From Candidatus Alloenteromonas pullistercoris (GTDB lineage: Bacteria > Bacillota_I > Bacilli_A > RFN20 > CAG-826), in the NCBI GenBank assembly GCA_017694295.1, contig JADINA010000012.1:3150-67149 (forward strand): a stretch of DNA of 64,000 bases. The letters are read 5' to 3'. The notes under the pieces are model-generated. The model was not told the origin of the DNA, searched no databases, and saw only the letters and a list, made by a program, of their open reading frames with translations. The first letter of the stretch is position 1. Each line of letters begins with the position of its first letter. Below are positions 34,208 through 42,669 of this stretch, piece after piece. A program made the position numbers and the translations under genes.

Positions 34208-36820
34208 TTATAAGGTGATTCCGTAATCGGACAGGCGTCCGACTATGTTGATGATGACCGATTTCGTGATCGTGTTGCCGCCGGATTCGACGGTGTAGAG
34301 CAAGGTGAAGTTGAAGCCGAAATAGGCTGGCGTTCCGTGCTGGCTAGAGTAGTTCAAGGCCAATTCACGGACGTGTTCCTTGGAGACCGTGAGGGTCATG
34401 TAGCCATTAAGGCTCACTTGCCAATTGTACTCGTTTAGGTAGTAGCCGGAATCCGGGCTCGCGGTGGCCCCGAAGAGCATCGCGATGCCGGAAGGTTCGA
34501 ATTCGACGATCAGGTTGCCGAGCTCGTCGGTCGCGTTGGCCGGGTAGGTCGCGTAGAATGTGACGTTTTCGCCGTCATCGCGGATTTCCTGGTTGTCGGC
34601 GATGACCGAGGTGATGCCATCCTCGACCATGGTGAAGCCCTGGGTGGCGGACCAGAGGGCGTCATAGGACCAGCGGAGGCCGTCGAAGACGCAGTAGGCG
34701 CCCGATTCCTCGTCGATGGTGTTGGTCGGCATGCCCCAGTTGAGGCAGAAGCCCTGGTTGATCGACTTGGTGGAGGAGCAGGTGTTCATGAAGTCGAGCG
34801 GGTTCAAGACGACGCCCGAGACCGCGCCTTCGGCGAAGTCGAACTGACCGTGATCCATGAGGGTGTAGGTCTCGTTGTAGGTGTTGCCGCCGACCCTAAG
34901 GTCCAAGACGATCTTGAGGTTGGTGCCGTTGTTGGCGTTGGCGAGGTTGAAGGCATTCTCGACATAGCTCTTGATGTAGGCGCCAAGGTTATCGATGGTC
35001 GACTGGTAACGGAAGATACCCCGGATGGTGATGGTCTGGCCCTTCTGGTAATAGCCGGCCGCAATCAATTCGCGGCCCGCCAAGTCGAAGTAATCCTGGG
35101 CCAAGGCCGGGGAGTAGCATGCGGCGTTGCCGGCCGAGACCTGTCTCTCCCAGACGACGGACTGACCGTAGATCGACTCGCGGAACGATTGCCGCCCCGA
35201 TGGATCGATCATATAGGCGTTGGATAGGTAACCAACAGCCGGGTTTTTCCCGGACATGTCGGCGAGTTCCTGACGGTTCATGGCGAAGTAGAACCCGTTG
35301 AGGAAGTTCTTGTTCGACATGATGGGCTTAACGGCCCAGTAGTCATCGGGGTTATCGGAAGGATAGATGGTTCCATCCGGCCCGAAGTAGTGCATCCACT
35401 GCTCGCGGGTGGTCGAGTTGATGTTGAGTTTGATGATGGTCGAGCCCTCGGTCCTTAAGACGTTGGGGTCGTTGCGGTGGGCTTGGAGGTAGTCGACCGG
35501 GATGGTGACTTCGTCAAGCTCGTTGCGCATGAAGGCCTCATAGGCCAATTCGTCGGCGTTGGAGCCGGTGAACATGACCTCGGAATAGCCTTCGTAATGG
35601 TAATCGTCGGCCTCATAGTAGGTGTCGTTCGCGTCATAGACGATCTTGACCTGGTCCTCCCAGTAAACCGGGATGTAGGGGCCAAGGACGAGGATGTTGT
35701 TGAAGCAATCATCGGTGCCGGTGCCGCTGCGGGTGCCATAGTCGCTCGCGCCCTTGACGAAGTCCCCACCGCCGATGGTGGTGATGAACTCCTCGGGGAT
35801 CGGCGAATAGAACATAGAGGAGAGCGAGGTGCGGGCGAAGCTAGTCGACTGCGGGGTGATGAAGCCGAATTCGATCGCGCCCTCCTCCTCGTTGATTTGG
35901 ATCATGACGCCGGAATCCTCCCACGCGGGCTTGTTGGTGGAATAGACATATTCCATCGCGCCCTGGAAGCCGGAGGCGTCGGTGACGAGGTCGGTGAAGC
36001 GGAGAAGACGTCCATCGAGCATCGCCTTGAACGGGGTGAGGTAGTCCTCAAGGACGATCTCGCGCCCGTTGAATTGCTGGTAACGGGAAGTCGGGGCGAC
36101 CGAGTAGGTGTAACCCTCGCCATAGTGGACCTTAACCCGCCAATATTGGCTGGTTTGGTCCTCGGTCGGGTTCTCGACCGGGTTCCCGCCCCAGGAATCG
36201 AGCATGATCGGCTCGTCGGTGACGGAGAGGGAGCCCTCCCAGGAATAATCGGTGTTGGTGCTGTTGGCTTTGACCCCGAAATAGCTCGAGGCGATCATCG
36301 ACATGCGGTCGGAGACGTCCGAACCAGAGGAATTCCATCCGTTGAAGGTGCCGGAGTCGACGGTGGTATAGCCGTGGAAATAGCTCCTCCACTCGGGGAC
36401 GGATTCGCTGATGGTCCCGTTATACATAGTGCCGTCGGGGTCGATGGTACCATAGGCGGTCCCGAAGCCGTAGTTAGTCAAATACTTGGTCGACGGGAGG
36501 GTGATGCGGTCGGAGAATTGCTCATACGAGGCGTCGTCGTAAAGCGGGATGCCGGCCGTGAAGTTGTCGAGGGCGTATTTCTCCAACGAATATAATGCCT
36601 CGGCCCGGTGCTGCCAGCTGTCTTGCGAATAATCGAAGCGGCCGTTGGCGAGCACGCCGGTGTCGGCGGCCGGGACATATGGCTTCGATGAAGGCACGTC
36701 GCCGCCGCTGCCGGTGTTGTTCCCACCGGTATTGGTGTTGGAGGAACTACCCGTCTTATCGCATCCAGCAAGCGCGAAGCTGGCGGCCAGCAAGGCGAAT
36801 ACAATTGCTTTATGCTTCAT
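34208..36820 (-). CDS. Large (870 aa) substrate-binding lipoprotein in the OppA position
   Basis: Start at ATG 36820 with signal peptide and lipobox MKHKAIVFALLAASFALAGC, then a Gly/Ser/Asn/Thr linker. It is the first gene of the opp cluster. The call rests mainly on position and lipoprotein character, because the sequence is divergent. Confidence 0.6.
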   Translation of the reverse strand: MKHKAIVFALLAASFALAGCDKTGSSSNTNTGGNNTGSGGDVPSSKPYVPAADTGVLANGRFDYSQDSWQHRAEALYSLEKYALDNFTAGIPLYDDASYEQFSDRITLPSTKYLTNYGFGTAYGTIDPDGTMYNGTISESVPEWRSYFHGYTTVDSGTFNGWNSSGSDVSDRMSMIASSYFGVKANSTNTDYSWEGSLSVTDEPIMLDSWGGNPVENPTEDQTSQYWRVKVHYGEGYTYSVAPTSRYQQFNGREIVLEDYLTPFKAMLDGRLLRFTDLVTDASGFQGAMEYVYSTNKPAWEDSGVMIQINEEEGAIEFGFITPQSTSFARTSLSSMFYSPIPEEFITTIGGGDFVKGASDYGTRSGTGTDDCFNNILVLGPYIPVYWEDQVKIVYDANDTYYEADDYHYEGYSEVMFTGSNADELAYEAFMRNELDEVTIPVDYLQAHRNDPNVLRTEGSTIIKLNINSTTREQWMHYFGPDGTIYPSDNPDDYWAVKPIMSNKNFLNGFYFAMNRQELADMSGKNPAVGYLSNAYMIDPSGRQSFRESIYGQSVVWERQVSAGNAACYSPALAQDYFDLAGRELIAAGYYQKGQTITIRGIFRYQSTIDNLGAYIKSYVENAFNLANANNGTNLKIVLDLRVGGNTYNETYTLMDHGQFDFAEGAVSGVVLNPLDFMNTCSSTKSINQGFCLNWGMPTNTIDEESGAYCVFDGLRWSYDALWSATQGFTMVEDGITSVIADNQEIRDDGENVTFYATYPANATDELGNLIVEFEPSGIAMLFGATASPDSGYYLNEYNWQVSLNGYMTLTVSKEHVRELALNYSSQHGTPAYFGFNFTLLYTVESGGNTITKSVIINIVGRLSDYGITL

Positions 36821-37017
36821 TTTTCCTTTCCTTTCCTTTAGGCGGTTTAGGTCCAATCAAGCCACCTCGGCGGGAAATCATTCGATTCGAGGCGGGTTTT
36901 TGGCTTAATTGAGGCGCTAGTCAGCCCTAAATATGCACGCGCTTCCCGTAAACGCGTAAGCAAAGGAAACCACAGCAACAAAAAAATGCAACACTTTTTT
37001 TCGGCAAGTTTGCCCAA

Positions 37018-37422
37018 TCAAAGGGATGGGTTGGTGGCAAAAAAGGCGATGAGGAAGGAAACGGCCAAGATCATGTCGAGGCCGAAAAGGACGACGTAAG
37101 GGACCCAAACCACCTTCCTTTTCCGCCTTTGCTCCATCTTGTATATCTTATAGTCTCCGGCGTCGTGGTAGCGTTTCTCCATCCCCTGATGGCGGAAGCT
37201 CTCGAAAAGCCTATAAAAGGAATAATTGAAGACGTCGAAGGTGCCGGCCCTAACGATGAGGCTAAGCGCAAAATAGCCGAATATGACCGCGCCGCAGACG
37301 AAAAAGGCGTCGGAGCATTTGGCGTAGGCGTTGCCGACCCTGGCGAAAAACATCGGGAAGAAGACGGCGATGTTGAGCGCAATGCCGACGATAAGGGGTA
37401 TAAGGTTGCGTTTCATACTCAT
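37018..37422 (-). CDS. Small membrane protein, DUF3899-like (start uncertain)
   Basis: TM helices flank ...RAGTFDVFNYSFYRLFESF..., which resembles the DUF3899 core. Candidate starts are ATG 37422 or 37416; the track start at 37500 would overlap the divergent gene. Confidence 0.45.
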   Translation of the reverse strand: MSMKRNLIPLIVGIALNIAVFFPMFFARVGNAYAKCSDAFFVCGAVIFGYFALSLIVRAGTFDVFNYSFYRLFESFRHQGMEKRYHDAGDYKIYKMEQRRKRKVVWVPYVVLFGLDMILAVSFLIAFFATNPSL

Positions 37423-37526
37423 CAACCAAAATACAATTTTCCGCCTATTGAGGGGAAACATAAAGGTTGACTTATTCCTTTCGGCCTTTATCATACACAC
37501 ACGTGCAACGGAAAGGAATGCATGCC

Positions 37527-39620
37527 ATGAAAAGCAACAAGAAATACATTACGGCCTGGGCCTTGCTCGGGCTAAGCATCGTCGGATTGGCTGCCTGCGA
37601 CAAAACCGGCACCTCGTCGGCAAGCACCAACACCGGCGGATCGGGTTCCGGGAACTCGAGCGAATCGACCCTCACGATTCCAGAGCCACCGATAGTAAGC
37701 AACGTCCGGCGGATCGAAGTCACGCTTAAGACGGACGACATCCCCTCGGGCTCCACCTTCTTCGACGGCTGCCAGCCAAGCGTCGTCTACACCGATGACG
37801 ACACCGGCGAGGAAGAGGAGGTGTATAGCCGTTACAACATGACGAGCTACACCATCTACGACGCCGAGACCGCCGAGGTTTACGAGCCCGACGACGCCCT
37901 ACCCGCCGGCCATTACATCTGCGACGTCTACTACCAGAATTTCTACATCGTCGGCGATCGGGTCGAGTTTGACGTAACCGAAGCGACCCCCATCGAAGCC
38001 GAGGAAGGGAAAGGCTTCAAGACCTACACCACCGAGGATTTGGCCGATTACCACATCCAAAATTTCGACAAAATCGAAACCCTGGGCGGCCATGGCATGC
38101 CCTCTAGCGGCGACGTCGACATCCTTGTCGTTCCGGTCCAATTCAGCAACGCCGCCGCCCAATTCAAAAACCCCGACGAGGTGAAAACCTGCCTTGAGGA
38201 GGCTTTCTTCGCCGAAACCGGGGAAACACCTTGGGAATCGCTTTCCTCCTATTATTACAAATCGAGCTACGGCAAGCTCAACATCGGCGGCGAGGTCACC
38301 CCGATTTATACCTACCCCGTCGACGACACCACCATCAACTCCTCGGACATCAGCGTCTCCACCACCATCGCCACCCAGGCCGTCAACTGGCTCAAGACCG
38401 AGCATGGCTATGACATGTCCAAGTACGATTTGGACAAAGACGGCTACATCGACGGCATCCAAATAGTCTACGCCACCTCTCAGACCACCCCGGGCATGTC
38501 GGGCACCGGCGACGCGAGCAGCAGCGACCTTTGGTGGAACTTCACCACCAACGCCAGCGGCTCCTCCAACGTCCGCAGCCCCAACGCCCGCCGCATCTTC
38601 TGGTCGCGTTACGACTACGTCACCAACACCTATTATTCCTCTAGCGAATATAACGGCGGCTACTACGAGGGCAAGCGCGTCGACCCCCACACCATCATCC
38701 ACGAAACCGGCCACATGATGGGCGCCCCCGACTACTATTCCTATGACCGGACCGAGGGCCCGGCTGGCCAAGTCGACATGATGGACAACAACGTCGGCGA
38801 CCACAACGCCTACACCAAGATGATGTTCAACTGGGTCGCCCCGCGCGTCGTCGACGGCTCAGCCAAAAACTTCACCATCACCCTCAAATCCTACACCGAA
38901 ACCGGGGACTTCCTCCTGGTCAAACCAACCAGCGACCCCTGGAACGAAACCCCTTACGACGAATATTTGATGCTCCAATACTACACCCCGACCGGCCTTA
39001 ACGAGATGGACCACGAGGGCTATGCCGAGTGGCAGCAGGAATCGGCCTCGGGCGGATCGAACACCTATGGCCACGGCGGCACCTATGAGCACCCGGGCTT
39101 GCAGATCTACCACGTCGACACCCGGGCGGCCAGCTACGTCACCCCGATAGACGAAAACGGGACGGCTACAGGCGAGGCGGTCTTCGATTACACCGACACC
39201 CCGCGTTCGGACGAATACGCCGATCGCGTTGCCGGCTTTAAAGAAGGCGAGGCCCACCGCATCCACGACAACACCCCGAGCCGCTCCCACAACCCAGATG
39301 GGACGACCCGCAAGGCCCCGACCGAGCTGCAGGCCGTCTTCCCCTCGAGGGTCAATTCGACCGGGACAAGCTCCTACTATTCCCTCTTCGGCCTCATGAC
39401 CAACCTATACGGCCTTGAATCGTATAGGGAAACCGGGGACGAGACCACGAAGGAAGGCTATTACGGCGGCGACACCTTCTCCGTTTACCAAGCCCGCGAC
39501 TACTTCACCAATGGCTACTTCTTCAACGACGGCTCCCGCTTCGACTGGGTCATCCAGGTCGTTGAGCAAACCGACGACACCATCACCCTCCACTTCGTCA
39601 ACACCACCGTTGCCGAATAA
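37527..39620 (+). CDS. Surface lipoprotein with an M6 (immune inhibitor A-like) zinc metalloprotease domain
   Basis: Start at ATG 37527, with AAAGGAA 8 nt upstream. Lipobox MKSNKKYITAWALLGLSIVGLAAC, then a Ser/Gly/Thr linker. Zinc motif TIIHETGHMMGAPDYY matches the M6 pattern HExxHxxGxPDxY. Confidence 0.75.
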   Translation: MKSNKKYITAWALLGLSIVGLAACDKTGTSSASTNTGGSGSGNSSESTLTIPEPPIVSNVRRIEVTLKTDDIPSGSTFFDGCQPSVVYTDDDTGEEEEVYSRYNMTSYTIYDAETAEVYEPDDALPAGHYICDVYYQNFYIVGDRVEFDVTEATPIEAEEGKGFKTYTTEDLADYHIQNFDKIETLGGHGMPSSGDVDILVVPVQFSNAAAQFKNPDEVKTCLEEAFFAETGETPWESLSSYYYKSSYGKLNIGGEVTPIYTYPVDDTTINSSDISVSTTIATQAVNWLKTEHGYDMSKYDLDKDGYIDGIQIVYATSQTTPGMSGTGDASSSDLWWNFTTNASGSSNVRSPNARRIFWSRYDYVTNTYYSSSEYNGGYYEGKRVDPHTIIHETGHMMGAPDYYSYDRTEGPAGQVDMMDNNVGDHNAYTKMMFNWVAPRVVDGSAKNFTITLKSYTETGDFLLVKPTSDPWNETPYDEYLMLQYYTPTGLNEMDHEGYAEWQQESASGGSNTYGHGGTYEHPGLQIYHVDTRAASYVTPIDENGTATGEAVFDYTDTPRSDEYADRVAGFKEGEAHRIHDNTPSRSHNPDGTTRKAPTELQAVFPSRVNSTGTSSYYSLFGLMTNLYGLESYRETGDETTKEGYYGGDTFSVYQARDYFTNGYFFNDGSRFDWVIQVVEQTDDTITLHFVNTTVAE

Positions 39621-39638
39621 GGCGAAAAAAGAGGAATA

Positions 39639-39672
39639 GGACCGGCAAAAACCGGTCCTTTTTTCTTTTTTT
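39639..39672 (+). terminator. Rho-independent terminator after the M6 lipoprotein gene
   Basis: GGACCGG-caaaaa-CCGGTCC followed by TTTTTTCTTTTTTT. Confidence 0.85.
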
Positions 39673-39953
39673 GAACACATAGCTCCGCAAAAAGGCGTCA
39701 AAACACAATAAACGTAGCATTTCGCTCCGCCTTCGTTAACCGCAAAACACCCTCTTTTTTCTTTTTTGACGTAAAAGATTCCAACTAAGTTTTTATTCTC
39801 GCCGCCACAAGACCATTCGAAAAGGCGGATTGGGCACACATTTTCCTTGCATTTTTTATATTGGCCTTTATTTTATATGGGCGTTCTCACGACATACGCG
39901 CGAGAAACAAGGTATGCGCCCAAAAGCAAAGGGGGCGCATGGAAAGGAAAATT

Positions 39954-42155
39954 ATGAAGAGTAAGACAATCATGGGTATGTCCTTGGCCCTTCTGCTCGG
40001 CGTTGGGTTGGTGGCCTGCGACCAAACCGGCAGCTCGACCGTCCCAAGCGAAAGCTCGGAATCCTCGCAGGAGCAAGGCACCACCGTCAATATGGGCGAA
40101 ACGCTCCAGCTGACGACGACTTTGACCGGAACCGCCGTTTGGAGCAGCAACAACGACGAAGTCGCCACCGTCTCCGAAACCGGCTTGGTGACCGGCATCA
40201 TCCCTGGTGACGTCGTCATCACCGCGACCGTCGGCGACCAAAGCGAGACGTTTGAACTAACCGTCGTCGACCCGGAAGGCAGCACCAACGGGCGCATCAC
40301 AATCGATTACGACAACCTACCGGTCGAAATCACCGCCGGGGACACCGTCGACCTTGACGAATATGTGGAGGTCACCGGCGTCACCAACTGGTATTTGACC
40401 ACCCCCAATGGCGATTTGGTCACCATCAACGGCCACACCATCACCGCGAACGAGGTCGGTGAGTTCACCGTCACCATCTGCGCCGGCGCCACCCGCCGGG
40501 CCTATAACGGCACCGTCATCACCGAAGCCAAGCAAACCTTCAACGCCTTCTTCGAGTCGATCCAAAACAACTACATCGCCTATAGCCAGTTCTATGGAAT
40601 GCTAGGCGTCACCGACGACTACTATTACACCCTCAACGACTATATCGTGGAGGGAGAGACCATCACTGGGTATGAGCTCGCTGGAGGCATCCGCGAAGGC
40701 GATTTGTGGCGCAACTACACCGTCGAGGCCGTCCCCGAAAGCCAAACCAGCAACAAATTCATCGCCGACGCCGAAACGCTTGAAATCGCCCCAGGCTATG
40801 GTCGGAGCAAGGAAAGGTATGGCATCGTCGAGCCCAATTACGCAGCCACCAACATCAAGGAGCTCCTTTACAACGGCCAATCCATCGGCATGTTCTACGC
40901 CACCGAGGACGCCAATGGCTCGCTCGCAGCCTACCTAGATGGCCTAACCGGCGGGGCTTGGTCGACCATCCTCTATTACGTCACCGACCAGAACCCGACC
41001 GCCGACATCAACGGCGCGGCCTTCTATTACTACATCGACAAGACCACCAACGACCCATTCATGAGCATCTTGCCAGCCTCCGTCAGCCTATATAACGGCC
41101 AAACCTACGCCTCAACCTACGAGACCGCCATGGCCGAGATGACCGATGGCTCGGTTCAGGAGATCGGGACCTACATCCAGATAAGCAACGTCGAGGACTC
41201 CGCCATCGAAGCCCTCGACGGCTGGGTTGAAAGCCCGGTCGAACCGACCGCGATCGACGTCTCCCCGCTCGACGCCTTCTTCGATAAGATAGCTGAGGAG
41301 AAGACCTACACCCAAACCACCTCCGCCAAATGGTACAACACCCAAACCGGCGAGAAGGTCGAAACGCCCGACTCGATGCAGTTCGTTGACACCCACCAGG
41401 ACATCTTCTCCTCGATCGAGATAACGACCTATGCCAATCAAGATGGCGTCTATAGCCGCTATAGCGGGCTAAACAACAACAACATCTGGACCGATCCGGA
41501 AAACATGGGCATCGGCGACACCAACCTCGTCAACAATGGCGCCGTCTTGACCTTCAACGTCAAAGAAGGGGAAGACCAAGCCCTCTACGAAGCCACCGGA
41601 ACCTATAATCCCGAAGAAGGCACCACCGCTTTCAACTCCGCGCACCGAGTGACCGACACCAGCGGCCCAGTCAGCCTCCCCATCTGGGAATCGAGCTATG
41701 TCCCGACCAGCAACTTCGGCACCGCCAGCGGCAAAGAAAACGAAGATGGCACCACCACGACCATGCTCGAAATGACCTCCTTCTACGACAAAAAGACCGA
41801 GCAAAACGGGTCGACCACCTATTACTCCAACCACTTCGGGCCGGACACCAACTACTCCTACAATGAGAACTACGCCTCAATGGGCGCGGTCGGCACCAAC
41901 TTCTTCATCCTCTACAACGTCAACGTCAGCTTCGGCTTCTGGACGATGGTCTACTTTGGCGACACGGGCTTCATCTACGATTACGTCACCACCACCTGGA
42001 ACCTCTCCGCGGATGGTGGCACCCTCACCTATGCCCTTGACTTCAACTACAGCGCGACCATCCACTACTCGGTCACCATCACGATGACCGACGTCGGCAC
42101 CGATTCGATGCCGCAAGAGGCCAAAGACATCATCAGCCAAACCACCGGGGCCTGA
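39954..42155 (+). CDS. Surface lipoprotein with an N-terminal Big_2 (bacterial Ig-like) domain
   Basis: Start at ATG 39954 (AAAGGAAAA upstream). Lipobox MKSKTIMGMSLALLLGVGLVAC. GETLQLTTTLTGTAVWSSNNDEVATVSETGLVTGIIPGDVVITATVGDQSETFELTV fits the Big_2 pattern. Confidence 0.7.
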   Translation: MKSKTIMGMSLALLLGVGLVACDQTGSSTVPSESSESSQEQGTTVNMGETLQLTTTLTGTAVWSSNNDEVATVSETGLVTGIIPGDVVITATVGDQSETFELTVVDPEGSTNGRITIDYDNLPVEITAGDTVDLDEYVEVTGVTNWYLTTPNGDLVTINGHTITANEVGEFTVTICAGATRRAYNGTVITEAKQTFNAFFESIQNNYIAYSQFYGMLGVTDDYYYTLNDYIVEGETITGYELAGGIREGDLWRNYTVEAVPESQTSNKFIADAETLEIAPGYGRSKERYGIVEPNYAATNIKELLYNGQSIGMFYATEDANGSLAAYLDGLTGGAWSTILYYVTDQNPTADINGAAFYYYIDKTTNDPFMSILPASVSLYNGQTYASTYETAMAEMTDGSVQEIGTYIQISNVEDSAIEALDGWVESPVEPTAIDVSPLDAFFDKIAEEKTYTQTTSAKWYNTQTGEKVETPDSMQFVDTHQDIFSSIEITTYANQDGVYSRYSGLNNNNIWTDPENMGIGDTNLVNNGAVLTFNVKEGEDQALYEATGTYNPEEGTTAFNSAHRVTDTSGPVSLPIWESSYVPTSNFGTASGKENEDGTTTTMLEMTSFYDKKTEQNGSTTYYSNHFGPDTNYSYNENYASMGAVGTNFFILYNVNVSFGFWTMVYFGDTGFIYDYVTTTWNLSADGGTLTYALDFNYSATIHYSVTITMTDVGTDSMPQEAKDIISQTTGA

Positions 42156-42173
42156 TCCTCCTCTTAGCCGGTT

Positions 42174-42209
42174 AAGCCTCCTCGCAAAACGGGGAGGCTT
42201 TTCTTTATT
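42174..42209 (+). terminator. Rho-independent terminator after the Big_2 lipoprotein gene
   Basis: AAGCCTCC-11 nt loop-GGAGGCTT followed by TTCTTTATT. Confidence 0.6.
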
Positions 42210-42622
42210 CAAAAACCCTGTGTGGCAATGGAAGTCGATGAGGAAAAAGTGCTCAGGCGAAGCGGCCACCTAAGAGGGAATCGAAATAGGCGAACGTCCA
42301 TCTCATCGCTTTTCCCAAATGCCTTAGGATAGCCACAAATGGACGCCACTTATCTATCCTCCTTAACGCCGATAAAGGAATAGACGGTTGCTGGCAGCTT
42401 GAATTAAATCCATAGCCAATGGAAAGCAGGCTACCCCCTTATTTATTTGGGCTAGCTAAATCAATAGCCAAGCATATCTACGCTCAAAGCAATGAAAAAG
42501 AGCACGACATAAGGCTGAAGAAAGCGCAAAAAGCCGCAATATGGGCCCAAAACCTTAAGAAAGTGGAAGCGTAAGCAAATCACCCAAACACATCCAAAAA
42601 GCCCGCAAAAAGGGCTTATGGC

Positions 42623-42654
42623 AAATAAAAAAGCCACCGAGGGAACGGTGGCTT
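42623..42654 (-). terminator. Rho-independent terminator after the 876-aa lipoprotein gene
   Basis: Minus strand AAGCCACCG-ttccct-CGGTGGCTT followed by TTTTTATTT. A second small hairpin, AGCCC-gcaaaaa-GGGCT, lies just beyond. Confidence 0.75.
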
Positions 42655-42669
42655 GGATCGCTATTGCAA

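Noticed and set aside
35477-36595. Long antisense ORFs. These include 35477-36595(+), 48569-50044(+), 57518-58606(+), 37899-38804(-), 16931-17635(+), 42847-43566(+) and many shorter ones.
   Set aside because: Each lies entirely opposite a gene with clear family motifs or lipoprotein features. Their products are low-complexity Gly/Asp/Val/Arg/Pro-rich sequences with no start context. They are typical shadow frames of GC-biased coding DNA.
37435-37449. CodY-box-like sequences (consensus AATTTTCWGAAAATT). Examples are AATTTTCCGCCTATT at 37435-37449, and partial matches near 25550 and 47715.
   Set aside because: Each has 4-5 or more mismatches and lacks the second half-site. That is not distinguishable from chance in AT-rich spacers without a genome-wide motif model.
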